Below, piece after piece: positions 1-13,900 of a stretch of DNA of 64,000 nt. The stretch lies in contig OZ024741.1 in the NCBI GenBank assembly GCA_964016885.1, forward strand, positions 128,092,001 through 128,156,000. The letters are read 5' to 3'. Numbering within the stretch: position 1 is the first letter of the stretch; the number at the start of each line of letters is the position of its first letter. Below the pieces are notes generated by a model. That model worked only from the letters and a program-made list of their open reading frames with translations. It was not told where the DNA came from and ran no database searches. Origin of the DNA: Eledone cirrhosa. Lineage: Eukaryota. Both the position numbers and the translations under genes were made by a program.

Positions 1-58
1 TGTCTCCGTGTATGTTATTATTGTTGTGTGTGTTGTTATTGTTGTTTGTGTCTGCGTG

Positions 59-104
<46 letters not shown>

Positions 105-145
105 CGAAACATAAGTCAATTGCATGAACTCATAATCCTTTATTT

Positions 146-201
146 ACTGCTATATATATTTCGATGATAGCCATTGAATGGCTATGACCTCATCAGGCAG
201 T
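146..201 (-). ncRNA. Minimal type-I hammerhead ribozyme (Penelope-type), canonical core
   Basis: Minus strand reads ACUGC-CUGAUGA-[GGUCAUAGCCAUUCAAUGGCUAUCAUC]-GAAA-UAUAUA-UA-GCAGU: 5-bp stem I, long stem II hairpin, palindromic stem III, UA cleavage site. Confidence 0.85.
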
Positions 202-286
202 TAGTCAGTTCTTAGATATGCCAGCTCTGTGTTTATGTGTTTATAGTGTTGATGGTATCAGAGCCTTGGGACATATCTATATCTGG

Positions 287-331
<45 letters not shown>

Positions 332-332
<1 letters not shown>

Positions 333-1164
333 TCGCACACACAGACACACAAGCCTCCTCCTGCCTTGACCCTCTGACCACTTCCTGTTGCGCGCGCACC
401 CCACATCTCCCTTCTTCCGACCAACCCAACCACGGATTACACACATTGGACATCGCTCCCAAGAATCTACCACATCCCAAGGATATTACCCAGCATTCCA
501 CCACATCTCTACGGAACTACCTTAAGGACTCACCCACTGACATACACTAAAAAAAATTTTTTCCCACACGCCACCTACATCCACAACACGTATAAACACC
601 ACACACACGTGCGTACCACCCCATATTTACACACTCAGCTTCTGGAATCTTCTCCCCCACCCCTCTGACCCCTCCCCATCCACACACGCACACACACACA
701 CAATCTGACCTACACCCCACCCCCCACACACCTTTTCCTGAACATGCAACTCCGTTCTTCCCCCAACTCTTACTTTCACATACACACAGATACGTACACC
801 TACACACACACACCACCTTCAGCCCTCCCCGCTCGGACACCCCGCCTCCATCTCCCCACTCCACCCGCCACCACCCCTACACGCCCCACACCCTTCCACC
901 ACCTGTTTTACTTCATGTTTATTTTTATTTTTATTATGCTTTTATATTTAATTTCATTTGTACCGTTTCCTCTCACCCCCTTTTTTCTATATGTCTCTCC
1001 ACCACTCCCCTACACACCCTTGGAACTCTCTTCCAACACACTTTTCACCTGAAGAAGGGCTTATGCCCGAAACGTCGTTCCCCACCAGCACCCCACTCTC
1101 AAGAGCGTGAAACTAATAAACCTTTGTTCGTACTGCCTCTCTGTTTTGTCCCCGTTCAATTTTT

Positions 1165-1168
<4 letters not shown>
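332..1168 (+). mobile_element. 3' fragment of a retroelement (probably Penelope-like) with CA/pyrimidine-rich UTR and a hammerhead motif; second copy at 57190-57968 (-)
   Basis: 417-1160 is colinear with the reverse complement of 57190-57968; both copies are bounded by TA-rich microsatellite; hammerhead core at 1049-1076. Confidence 0.7.
1047..1081 (+). ncRNA. Minimal hammerhead motif (short stem I)
   Basis: AC-CUGAAGA-A-GGGC-UUAU-GCCC-GAAA-CG-UC-GU; the core is intact but only ~2 bp of stem I lie directly adjacent. Confidence 0.6.
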
Positions 1169-1209
<41 letters not shown>

Positions 1210-1619
1210 AGGTGGTGTGTGTGTGTGTGCGTGTGTGTGTAAGAAATGACTGATAAGTTTCAGAAAGTCGGTACAATGCCGTAGAAATATATAAAGATCA
1301 AATGATGACAAATAAAACAAAACAACATAATAAAACATATATCAACAGGTTATTTCAGGGTTAATATCCTCTTTTCAAATATAAAACGAAAACGGCTCAA
1401 AACAAAACCGAACGATCGATGTGTTCTTCCCAGTTGAGGAAATACACTGCGTAAAACATTACTTGGCTTTTGTTTTGTTTGTCCTCCTTTGTCCTCTATA
1501 TATCTACCGCATTGTACAGGCTTTTTGAAACTTAGTCATTTATTATATATCTCCCAATGTTTCGCATAAACTATACTTTAATATATATTACACCTCTATT
1601 TTTTTTAATATATATATAT

Positions 1620-2500
<881 letters not shown>

Positions 2501-3070
2501 TCTGTGTATGTGTGTATAATGTGTGTGTGTGTATTACTATATCCTGAAACCTATTTTATGTCCATTTTGCATATTTAATGTTAAATTATTGCTTATTTGT
2601 GCAGCTTGCGTGTTATACGTAATAGGGTGTAGTTAATTAGAATGAAGGCGGCCCGAGGTCATATGGCAGGCAACGTTTCCTACAGTCAATTATTTACTAA
2701 AAATAAATCCAGGAAGGCCCAAATCTGTTAGCTACTTATAAGACGGAAAGTAAAGTATCTGGCTTTCAACTAACGTATTTCTTATCCAATCTCTCTCTCT
2801 GTTTCTATCTCCCTATAGGTCTCATTCCTCCTCATCTCTCTCTTTACACACACACGCACACACATTCACACACACACACAAACATTCAGACACACACACA
2901 CATAACAATACTTCTCTCGTTACTCCATCCAACATCGCAATAAAGATAAAGGGACACAACACACCTAAACCAACCATGACCCATCACACGAAATAGGATT
3001 ATTCAACTTCAAATATCACGGTTAGCACACACACACACATACACACACAGACACACACAAACACACACCG

Positions 3071-3071
<1 letters not shown>

Positions 3072-3126
<55 letters not shown>

Positions 3127-3196
3127 TCTCTCCCTCTCCCTCTCTCACTCTCTCTCTCCCTCTCTCTCACTCACTCTCTCTCTCCCTCTCTCTCTC
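3072..3196. repeat. (CT)n microsatellite
   Basis: Direct inspection. Confidence 0.95.
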
Positions 3197-3319
3197 AAAC
3201 GGAAACCTGTTGATAACGTGGGTTCGCGGTTCGGTCATTGCATATTGCGCAAGTAGGATTATTGATTTTGTATTCATAGAAACCTATCGGAGGTATTGCA
3301 TAATACCCTTCGATACAAT

Positions 3320-3479
3320 CCAGCCAGATGAAACGCCGTGTCACACTTATTCTCCCCGAGAATTACCTTAAGGATACACGTGTCAATTGAATGGCTTCCC
3401 ATTTTTACGTTAATTTCATGAGCAAGCTGTTCCGTTGATAGAACAACTAAAACACTCATTGCCGAAACTGACGGAGGTC
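3320..3479 (-). mobile_element. Interspersed repeat fragment; opposite-strand copy at 28448-28615
   Basis: Reverse complement (gacctccgtcagtttcggcaatgag...gacacgtgtatccttaaggtaattctcggggag...gtgacac) aligns by eye with 28451-28590; resembles a common octopus repeat (from recollection). Confidence 0.65.
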
Positions 3480-4281
3480 CATTCCATTTTATGAATCGTT
3501 GACCATATATAGCATGAGAAAAGAAAATTATATACAGCTAAGGAATGATATTTACATAATTGATAAAGAACCGTGGGGAAAATTTAACCAAATCAAACAA
3601 GCAATGCATTGCCTATTGCTCGTCTGATCAACAAGCTTAAAATCGATATCACTGTATTAAGGCTGCCTGTCAAATGTTGTAATCAGCCACTTTTGTTGTA
3701 ATCAGCTAATTTTACATTGAAAATGAAGTTTCCTAGTTCGAATTCATCTAATGACAATCGAGGATTGAATATATACATAAAGGTTAAGATGTATAATTAG
3801 AATGTCTTTGTTGAAAGTCTCCAGCTATCGACCTACCTACATTTTGCTTGAGTTTATCTTTTCCAAACGGTATGTTAGACATAGCAGACCACAAGCACTG
3901 ATTATGATGATCGTGATTTGAACAGTCCGCGATATTTCTCTTTTTTCTTAGGTAATAATAACAGTATGAGGAAGAAGAAAAAGAACGCAATTTACTTGGG
4001 AGTTAGTAGTAACGGTATGAGTCAAAAGAAAGAGAATGCTATTTACTTGAGGATGTGAAGTTGGTTTTCTGTGTTGTTTCTTTATTCGGAAACGAAATTA
4101 ATTCCCTATCTAAATTTCTCGTTTAGCGACATTTGTGTTTGTGTGTTAATGTGTTATTATTGATATAGTTCATGTCACTAAGAGGGTTTTGAGAAGTACA
4201 CTATACGTCTTTCTCTTGCCAATTTATGACTAAGTTGTTGTTTTGTATATATCCCTTGTTCTGTCCTTCACCATTAAATTA

Positions 4282-4324
4282 GTCACCGAGGAGGTCACAA
4301 AATGTGTGACGAAAGAGCTCTGAC
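4282..4324 (+). ncRNA. Hammerhead motif, U4C core variant (family shared with 43240, 47904, 52601)
   Basis: GUCA-CCGAGGA-G-GUCACA-AAAUG-UGUGAC-GAAA-GAGC-UC-UGAC. Confidence 0.65.
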
Positions 4325-4401
4325 AATAAACAAATAACCTTAATTTATTCATCTGACCTGATATTTCGAGATTAAATTAAGGTAAAAAAAAAAAAAACGC
4401 T

Positions 4402-4469
<68 letters not shown>

Positions 4470-4477
4470 AAAAAATG

Positions 4478-4522
<45 letters not shown>

Positions 4523-4932
4523 TTTTGTATTTATTTTGTATTTGTTTTAACAGCTTGACTCAGAATTGTATTACTTGAAGTTTCACAAACTTCCGCCATA
4601 ACGATCGTGATGACGATGATACCCCTTCATTACCTCCCAAACCACCATCACTGCCCCCACTATCATCACCACCTTCACCACCAATTATCATAACCCCTAC
4701 CACCCTACCATAACCGCCACAGCCACCGCTACCAACAACACCACCATTACAACTACCGCCACAGCTTTCAGCTCCACCCATCACCATCACCACCTGTATC
4801 ACCACCTTCAGCATCATCACCACCACCATCGCCACCACCAAGGTGGTGTTCCTTTATCAGACATACGCTCTGTTTCCACTGGCAGATATTGACTGGAATT
4901 CTCCTGGGTTTAATGAGAGATAATAACTTCTT

Positions 4933-7900
4933 TGTTGGTGGTGGTTTTGGTGGTGGTGTTATTGTAGGTGGTGATGTTGGTGGTGGTGTTGGTGGTGGTG
5001 TTATTGTAGGTGGTGATGTTGGTGGTGGTGTTGGTGGTGGTGTTATTGTAGGTGGTGATGTTGGTGGTGGTGTTGGTGGTAGTGTTATTGTAGGTGGTGA
5101 TGTTGGTGGTGGTGTTGGTGGTAGTGTTATTGTAGGTGGTGATGTTGGTGGTGGTGTTGGTGGTGGTGTTATTGTAGGTGGTGATGTTGGTGGTAGTGTT
5201 ATTGTAGGTGGTGATGTTGGTGGTGATGTTGGTGGTGGTGTTATTGTAGGTGGTGATGTTGGTGGTGGTGTTGGTGGTAGTGTTATTGTAGGTGGTGATG
5301 TTGGTGGTGGTGTTGGTGGTGGTGTTATTGTAGGTGGTGATGTTGGTGGTGGTGTTGGTGGTGGTGTTATTGTAGGTGGTGATGTTGGTGGTAGTGTTAT
5401 TGTAGGTGGTGATGTTGGTGGTGATGTTGGTGGTGGTGTTATTGTAGGTGGTGATGTTGGTGGTGATGTTGGTGGTAGTGTTATTGTAGGTGGTGATGTT
5501 GGTGGTGGTGTTGGTGGTGGTGTTATTGTAGGTGGTGATGTTGGTGGTGGTGTTGGTGGTGGTGTTATTGTAGGTGGTGATGTTGGTGGTGGTGTTGGTG
5601 GTAGTGTTATTGTAGGTGGTGATGTTGGTGGTGGTGTTGGTGGTAGTGTTATTGTAGGTGGTGATGTTGGTGGTGGTGTTGGTGGTAGTGTTATTGTAGG
5701 TGGTGATGTTGGTGGTGGTGTTGGTGGTGGTGTTATTGTAGGTGGTGATGTTGGTGGTAGTGTTATTGTAGGTGGTGATGTTGGTGGTGATGTTGGTGGT
5801 GGTGTTATTGTAGGTGGTGATGTTGGTGGTGGTGTTGGTGGTAGTGTTATTGTAGGTGGTGATGTTGGTGGTGGTGTTGGTGGTAGTGTTATTGTAGGTG
5901 GTGATGTTGGTGGTGGTGTTGGTGGTGGTGTTATTGTAGGTGGTGATGTTGGTGATGGTGTTGGTGGTAGTGTTATTGTAGGTGGTGATGTTGGTGGTGG
6001 TGTTGGTGGTAGTGTTATTGTAGGTGGTGATGTTGGTGGTGGTGTTGGTGGTGGTGTTATTGTAGGTGGTGATGTTGGTGGTGGTGTTGGTGGTAGTGTT
6101 ATTGTAGGTGGTGATGTTGGTGGTGGTGTTGGTGGTAGTGTTATTGTAGGTGGTGATGTTGGTGGTGGTGTTGGTGGTAGTGTTATTGTAGGTGGTGATG
6201 TTGGTGGTGGTGTTGGTGGTGGTGTTATTGTAGGTGGTGATGTTGGTGGTGGTGTTGGTGGTAGTGTTATTGTAGGTGGTGATGTTGGTGGTGGTGTTGG
6301 TGGTAGTGTTATTGTAGGTGGTGATGTTGGTGGTGGTGTTATTGTAGGTGGTGATTTTCGTGGTGGTGTTATTGTAGGTGGTGATGTTGGTGGTAGTGTT
6401 ATTGTAGGTGGTGATGTTGGTGGTGATGTTGGTGGTGGTGTTATTGTAGGTGGTGATGTTGGTGGTGGTGTTGGTGGTAGTGTTATTGTAGGTGGTGATG
6501 TTGGTGGTGGTGTTGGTGGTAGTGTTATTGTAGGTGGTGATGTTGGTGGTGGTGTTGGTGGTGGTGTTATTGTAGGTGGTGATGTTGGTGATGGTGTTGG
6601 TGGTAGTGTTATTGTAGGTGGTGATGTTGGTGGTGGTGTTGGTGGTAGTGTTATTGTAGGTGGTGATGTTGGTGGTGGTGTTGGTGGTAGTGTTATTGTA
6701 GGTGGTGATGTTGGTGGTGGTGTTGGTGGTGGTGTTATTGTAGGTGGTGATGTTGGTGGTGGTGTTGGTGGTAGTGTTATTGTAGGTGGTGATGTTGGTG
6801 GTGGTGTTGGTGGTGGTGTTATTGTAGGTGGTGATGTTGGTGGTGGTGTTGGTGGTAGTGTTATTGTAGGTGGTGATGTTGGTGGTGGTGTTGGTGGTAG
6901 TGTTATTGTAGGTGGTGATGTTGGTGGTGGTGTTATTGTAGGTGGTGATTTTCGTGGTGGTGTTATTGTAGGTGGTGATGTTGGTGGTAGTGTTATTGTA
7001 GGTGGTGATGTTGGTGGTGATGTTGGTGGTGGTGTTATTGTAGGTGGTGATGTTGGTGGTGGTGTTGGTGGTAGTGTTATTGTAGGTGGTGATGTTGGTG
7101 GTGGTGTTGGTGGTAGTGTTATTGTAGGTGGTGATGTTGGTGGTGGTGTTGGTGGTGGTGTTATTGTAGGTGGTGATGTTGGTGATGGTGTTGGTGGTAG
7201 TGTTATTGTAGGTGGTGATGTTGGTGGTGGTGTTGGTGGTAGTGTTATTGTAGGTGGTGATGTTGGTGGTGGTGTTGGTGGTAGTGTTATTGTAGGTGGT
7301 GATGTTGGTGGTGGTGTTGGTGGTGGTGTTATTGTAGGTGGTGATGTTGGTGGTGGTGTTGGTGGTAGTGTTATTGTAGGTGGTGATGTTGGTGGTGGTG
7401 TTGGTGGTGGTGTTATTGTAGGTGGTGATGTTGGTGGTGGTGTTGGTGGTAGTGTTATTGTAGGTGGTGATGTTGGTGGTGGTGTTGGTGGTGGTGTTAT
7501 TGTAGGTGGTGATGTTGGTGGTGGTGTTGGTGGTGGTGTTATTGTAGGTGGTGATGTTGGTGGTGGTGTTGGTGGTAGTGTTATTGTAGGTGGTGATGTT
7601 GGTGGTGGTGTTGGTGGTGGTGTTATTGTAGGTGGTGATGTTGGTGGTGGTGTTGGTGGTAGTGTTATTGTAGGTGGTGATGTTGGTGGTGGTGTTGGTG
7701 GTGGTGTTATTGTAGGTGGTGATGTTGGTGGTGGTGTTGGTGGTAGTGTTATTGTAGGTGGTGATGTTGGTGGTGGTGTTGGTGGTAGTGTTATTGGAGG
7801 TGGTGATGTTGGTGGTGGTGTTGGTGGTAGTGTTATTGTAGGTGGTGATGTTGGTGGTGGTGTTGGTGGTGGTGTTATAGTAGGTGGTGATGTTGGTGGT

Positions 7901-10900
7901 GGTGTTGGTGGTGGTGTTATTGTAGGTGGTGATGTTGGTGGTGGTGTTGGTGGTAGTGTTATTGTAGGTGGTGATGTTGGTGGTGGTGTTGGTGGTGGTG
8001 TTATTGTAGGTGGTGATGTTGGTGGTATTGTTATTGTAGGTGGTGATGTTGGTGGTGGTGTTGGTGGGGTGTTGGTGGTGGTGTTATTGTAGGTGGTGAT
8101 GTTAGTGGTGGTGTTGGTGGTAGTGTTATTGTAGGTGGTGATGGTGGTGGTGGTGTTGGTGGTGGTGTTATTGTAGGTGGTGATGTTGGTGGTGGTGTTG
8201 GTGGTAGTGTTATTGTAGGTGGTGATGTTGGTGGTGGTGTTGGTGGTGGTGTTATTGTAGGTGGTGATGTTGGTGGTGGTGTTGGTGGTAGTGTTATTGT
8301 AGGTGGTGATGTTGGTGGTGGTGTTGGTGGTGGTGTTATTGTAGGTGGTGATGTTGGTGGTGGTGTTGGTGGTAGTGTTATTGTAGGTGGTGATGTTGGT
8401 GGTGGTGTTGGTGGTAGTGTTATTGTAGGTGGTGATGTTGGTGGTGGTGTTGGTGGTGGTGTTATTGTAGGTGGTGATGTTGGTGGTGGTGTTGGTGGTA
8501 GTGTTATTGTAGGTGGTGATGTTGGTGGTGGTGTTGGTGGTGGTGTTATTGTAGGTGGTGATGTTGGTGGTAGTGTTATTGTAGGTGGTGATGTTGGTGG
8601 TGGTGTTGGTGGTGGTGTTATTGTAGGTGGTGATGTTGGTGGTGGTGTTGGTGGTGGTGTTATTGTAGGTGGTGATGTTGGTGGTGGTGTTGGTGGTAGT
8701 GTTATTGTAGGTGGTGATGTTGGTGGTGGTGTTGGTGGTGGTGTTATTGTAGGTGGTGATGTTGGTGGTGGTGTTGGTGGTAGTGTTATTGTAGGTGGTG
8801 ATGTTGGTGGTGGTGTTGGTGGTGGTGTTATTGTAGGTGGTGATGTTGGTGGTGGTGTTGGTGGTAGTGTTATTGTAGGTGGTGATGTTGGTGGTGGTGT
8901 TGGTGGTAGTGTTATTGGAGGTGGTGATGTTGGTGGTGGTGTTGGTGGTAGTGTTATTGTAGGTGGTGATGTTGGTGGTGGTGTTGGTGGTGGTGTTATA
9001 GTAGGTGGTGATGTTGGTGGTGGTGTTGGTGGTGGTGTTATTGTAGGTGGTGATGTTGGTGGTGGTGTTGGTGGTAGTGTTATTGTAGGTGGTGATGTTG
9101 GTGGTGGTGTTGGTGGTGGTGTTATTGTAGGTGGTGATGTTGGTGGTATTGTTATTGTAGGTGGTGATGTCGGTGGTGGTGTTGGTGGTGGTGTTGGTGG
9201 TGGTGTTATTGTAGGTGGTGATGTTAGTGGTGGTGTTGGTGGTAGTGTTATTGTAGGTGGTGATGGTGGTGGTGGTGTTGGTGGTGGTGTTATTGTAGGT
9301 GGTGATGTTGGTGGTGGTGTTGGTGGTAGTGTTATTGTAGGTGGTGATGTTGGTGGTGGTGTTGGTGGTGGTGTTATTGTAGGTGGTGATGTTGGTGGTG
9401 GTGTTGGTGGTAGTGTTATTGTAGGTGGTGATGTTGGTGGTGGTGTTGGTGGTAGTGTTATTGTAGGTGGTGATGTTGGTGGTGGTGTTGGTGGTGGTGT
9501 TATTGTAGGTGGTGATGTTGGTGGTGGTGTTGGTGGTGGTGTTATTGTAGGTGGTGATGTTGGTGGTATTGTTATTGTAGGTGGTGATGTTGGTGGTGGT
9601 GTTGGTGGTGGTGTTATTGTAGGTGGTGATGTTGGTGGTGGTGTTGGTGGTGGTGTTATTGTAGGTGGTGATGTTGGTGGTGGTGTTGGTGGTGGTGTTA
9701 TTGTAGGTGGTGATGTTGGTGGTGGTGTTGGTGGAAGTGTTATTGTAGGTGGTGATGTTGGTGGTGGTGTTATTGTAGGTGGTGATGTTGGTGGTGGTGT
9801 TGGTGGTGGTGTTATTGTAGGTGGTGATGGTGGTGGTGGTGTTGGTGGTGGTGTTATTGTAGGTGGTGATGTTGGTGGTGGTGTTGGTGGTAGTGTTATT
9901 GTAGGTGGTGATGTTGGTGGTGGTGTTGGTGGTGGTGTTATTGTAGGTGGTGATGTTGGTGGTGGTGTTGGTGGAAGTGTTATTGTAGGTGGTGATGTTG
10001 GTGGTAGTGTTGGTGGTGGTGTTATTGTAGGTGGTGATGTTGGTGGTGGTGTTGGTGGTGGTGTTATTGTAGGTGGTGATGTTGGTGGTAGTGTTGGTGG
10101 TGGTGTTATTGTAGGTGGTGATGTTGGTGGTGGTGTTGGTGGTGGTGTTATTGTAGCTGGTGATGTTGGTGGTGGTGTTGGTGGTGGTGTTATTGTAGGT
10201 GGTGATGTTGGTGGTGGTGTTGGTGGTGGTGTTATTGTAGGTGGTGATGTTGGTGGTGGTGTTGGTGGTGGTGTTCTTGTAGGTGGTGATGTTGGTGGTG
10301 GTGTTGGTGGTGGTGTTATTGTAGGTGGTGATGTTGGTGGTGGTGTTGGTGGTAGTGTTATTGTAGGTGGTGATGTTGGTGGTGGTGTTGGTGGTGGTGT
10401 TATTGTAGGTGGTGATGTTGGTGGTGGTGTTGGTGGTAGTGTTAATGTAGGTGGTGATGTTGGTCGTGGTGTTGGTGTTATTGTAGGTGGTGATGTTGGT
10501 GGTGGCGTTGGTGGTAGTGTTATTGTAGGTGGTGATGTTGGTGGTGGTGTTATTGTAGGTGGTGATGGTGGTGGTGTTGGTGGTAGTGTTATTGTAGGTG
10601 GTGATGGTGGTGGTGTTGGTGGTAGTGTTATTGTAGGTGGTGATGTTGGTGGTGGTGTTGGTGGTGGTGTTATTGTAGGTGGTGATGTTGGTGGTAGTGT
10701 TATTGTAGGTGGTGATGGTGGTAGTGTTATTGTAGGTGGTGATGTTGGTGGTAGTGTTATTGTAGGTGGTGATGTTGGTGGTAGTGTTATTGTAGGTGGT
10801 GATGTTGGTGGTAGTGTTATTGTAGGTGGTGATGGTGGTGGTGTTGGTGGTAGTGTTATTGTAGGTGGTGATGGTGGTGGTGTTGGTGGTAGTGTTATTG

Positions 10901-13900
10901 TAGGTGGTGATGTTGGTGGTGGTGTTGGTGGTGGTGTTATTGTAGGTGGTGATGTTGGTGGTGGTGTTGGTGGTGGTGTTATTGTAGGTGGTGATGTTGG
11001 TGGTGGTGTTGGTGGTGGTGTTATTGTAGGTGGTGATGTTGGTGGTGGTGTTGGTGGTAGTGTTATTGTAGGTGGTGATGGTGGTGGTGTTGGTGGTAGT
11101 GTTATTGTAGGTGGTGATGTTGGTGGTGGTGTTGGTGGTGGTGTTATTGTAGGTGGTGATGTTGGTGGTATTGTTATTGTAGGTGGTGATGGTGGTGGTG
11201 TTGGTGGTAGTGTTATTGTAGGTGGTGATGTTGGTGGTGGTGTTGGTGGTGGTGTTATTGTAGGTGGTGATGTTGGTGGTGGTGTTGGTGGTGGTGTTAT
11301 TGTAGGTGGTGATGTTGGTGGTGGTGTTGGTGGTAGTGTTATTATAGGTGGTGATGTTGGTGGTGGTGTTGGTGGTGGTGTTATTGTAGGTGGTGATGTT
11401 GGTGGTGGTGTTGGTGGTAGTGTTATTGTAGGTGGTGATGTTGGTGGTGGTGTTGGTGGTGGTGTTATTGTAGGTGGTGATGTTGGTGGTGGTGTTGGTG
11501 GTGGTGTTATTGTAGGTGGTGATGTTGGTGGTGGTGTTGGTGGTAGTGTTATTGTAGGTGGTGATGTTGGTGGTGGTGTTGGTGGTGGTGTTATTGTAGG
11601 TGGTGATGTTGGTGGTGGTGTTGGTGGTAGTGTTATTGTAGGTGGTGATGTTGGTGGTGGTGTTGGTGGTGGTGTTATTGTAGGTGGTGATGTTGGTGGT
11701 GGTGTTGGTGGTAGTGTTATTGTAGGTGGTGATGTTGGTGGTGGTGTTGGTGGTAGTGTTATTGGAGGTGGTGATGTTGGTGGTGGTGTTGGTGGTAGTG
11801 TTATTGTAGGTGGTGATGTTGGTGGTGGTGTTGGTGGTGGTGTTATAGTAGGTGGTGATGTTGGTGGTGGTGTTGGTGGTGGTGTTATTGTAGGTGGTGA
11901 TGTTGGTGGTGGTGTTGGTGGTAGTGTTATTGTAGGTGGTGATGTTGGTGGTGGTGTTGGTGGTGGTGTTATTGTAGGTGGTGATGTTGGTGGTATTGTT
12001 ATTGTAGGTGGTGATGTTGGTGGTGGTGTTGGTGGGGTGTTGGTGGTGGTGTTATTGTAGGTGGTGATGTTAGTGGTGGTGTTGGTGGTAGTGTTATTGT
12101 AGGTGGTGATGGTGGTGGTGGTGTTGGTGGTGGTGTTATTGTAGGTGGTGATGTTGGTGGTGGTGTTGGTGGTAGTGTTATTGTAGGTGGTGATGTTGGT
12201 GGTGGTGTTGGTGGTGGTGTTATTGTAGGTGGTGATGTTGGTGGTGGTGTTGGTGGTAGTGTTATTGTAGGTGGTGATGTTGGTGGTGGTGTTGGTGGTG
12301 GTGTTATTGTAGGTGGTGATGTTGGTGGTGGTGTTGGTGGTAGTGTTATTGTAGGTGGTGATGTTGGTGGTGGTGTTGGTGGTAGTGTTATTGTAGGTGG
12401 TGATGTTGGTGGTGGTGTTGGTGGTGGTGTTATTGTAGGTGGTGATGTTGGTGGTGGTGTTGGTGGTAGTGTTATTGTAGGTGGTGATGTTGGTGGTGGT
12501 GTTGGTGGTGGTGTTATTGTAGGTGGTGATGTTGGTGGTAGTGTTATTGTAGGTGGTGATGTTGGTGGTGGTGTTGGTGGTGGTGTTATTGTAGATGGTG
12601 ATGTTGGTGGTGGTGTTGGTGGTGGTGTTATTGTAGGTGGTGATGTTGGTGGTGGTGTTGGTGGTAGTGTTATTGTAGGTGGTGATGTTGGTGGTGGTGT
12701 TGGTGGTGGTGTTATTGTAGGTGGTGATGTTGGTGGTGGTGTTGGTGGTAGTGTTATTGTAGGTGGTGATGTTGGTGGTGGTGTTGGTGGTGGTGTTATT
12801 GTAGGTGGTGATGTTGGTGGTGGTGTTGGTGGTAGTGTTATTGTAGGTGGTGATGTTGGTGGTGGTGTTGGTGGTAGTGTTATTGGAGGTGGTGATGTTG
12901 GTGGTGGTGTTGGTGGTAGTGTTATTGTAGGTGGTGATGTTGGTGGTGGTGTTGGTGGTGGTGTTATAGTAGGTGGTGATGTTGGTGGTGGTGTTGGTGG
13001 TGGTGTTATTGTAGGTGGTGATGTTGGTGGTGGTGTTGGTGGTAGTGTTATTGTAGGTGGTGATGTTGGTGGTGGTGTTATTGTAGGTGGTGATGTTGGT
13101 GGTATTGTTATTGTAGGTGGTGATGTCGGTGGTGGTGTTGGTGGTGGTGTTGGTGGTGGTGTTATTGTAGGTGGTGATGTTAGTGGTGGTGTTGGTGGTA
13201 GTGTTATTGTAGGTGGTGATGGTGGTGGTGGTGTTGGTGGTGGTGTTATTGTAGGTGGTGATGTTGGTGGTGGTGTTGGTGGTAGTGTTATTGTAGGTGG
13301 TGATGTTGGTGGTGGTGTTGGTGGCGGTGTTATTGTAGGTGGTGATGTTGGTGGTGGTGTTGGTGGTAGTGTTATTGTAGGTGGTGATGTTGGTGGTGGT
13401 GTTGGTGGTAGTGTTATTGTAGGTGGTGATGTTGGTGGTGGTGTTGGTGGTGGTGTTATTGTAGGTGGTGATGTTGGTGGTGGTGTTGGTGGTGGTGTTA
13501 TTGTAGGTGGTGATGTTGGTGGTATTGTTATTGTAGGTGGTGATGTTGGTGGTGGTGTTGGTGGTGGTGTTATTGTAGGTGGTGATGTTGGTGGTGGTGT
13601 TGGTGGTGGTGTTATTGTAGGTGGTGATGTTGGTGGTGGTGTTGGTGGTGGTGTTATTGTAGGTGGTGATGTTGGTGGTGGTGTTGGTGGAAGTGTTATT
13701 GTAGGTGGTGATGTTGGTGGTGGTGTTATTGTAGGTGGTGATGTTGGTGGTGGTGTTGGTGGTGGTGTTATTGTAGGTGGTGATGGTGGTGGTGGTGTTG
13801 GTGGTGGTGTTATTGTAGGTGGTGATGTTGGTGGTGGTGTTGGTGGTAGTGTTATTGTAGGTGGTGATGTTGGTGGTGGTGTTGGTGGTGGTGTTATTGT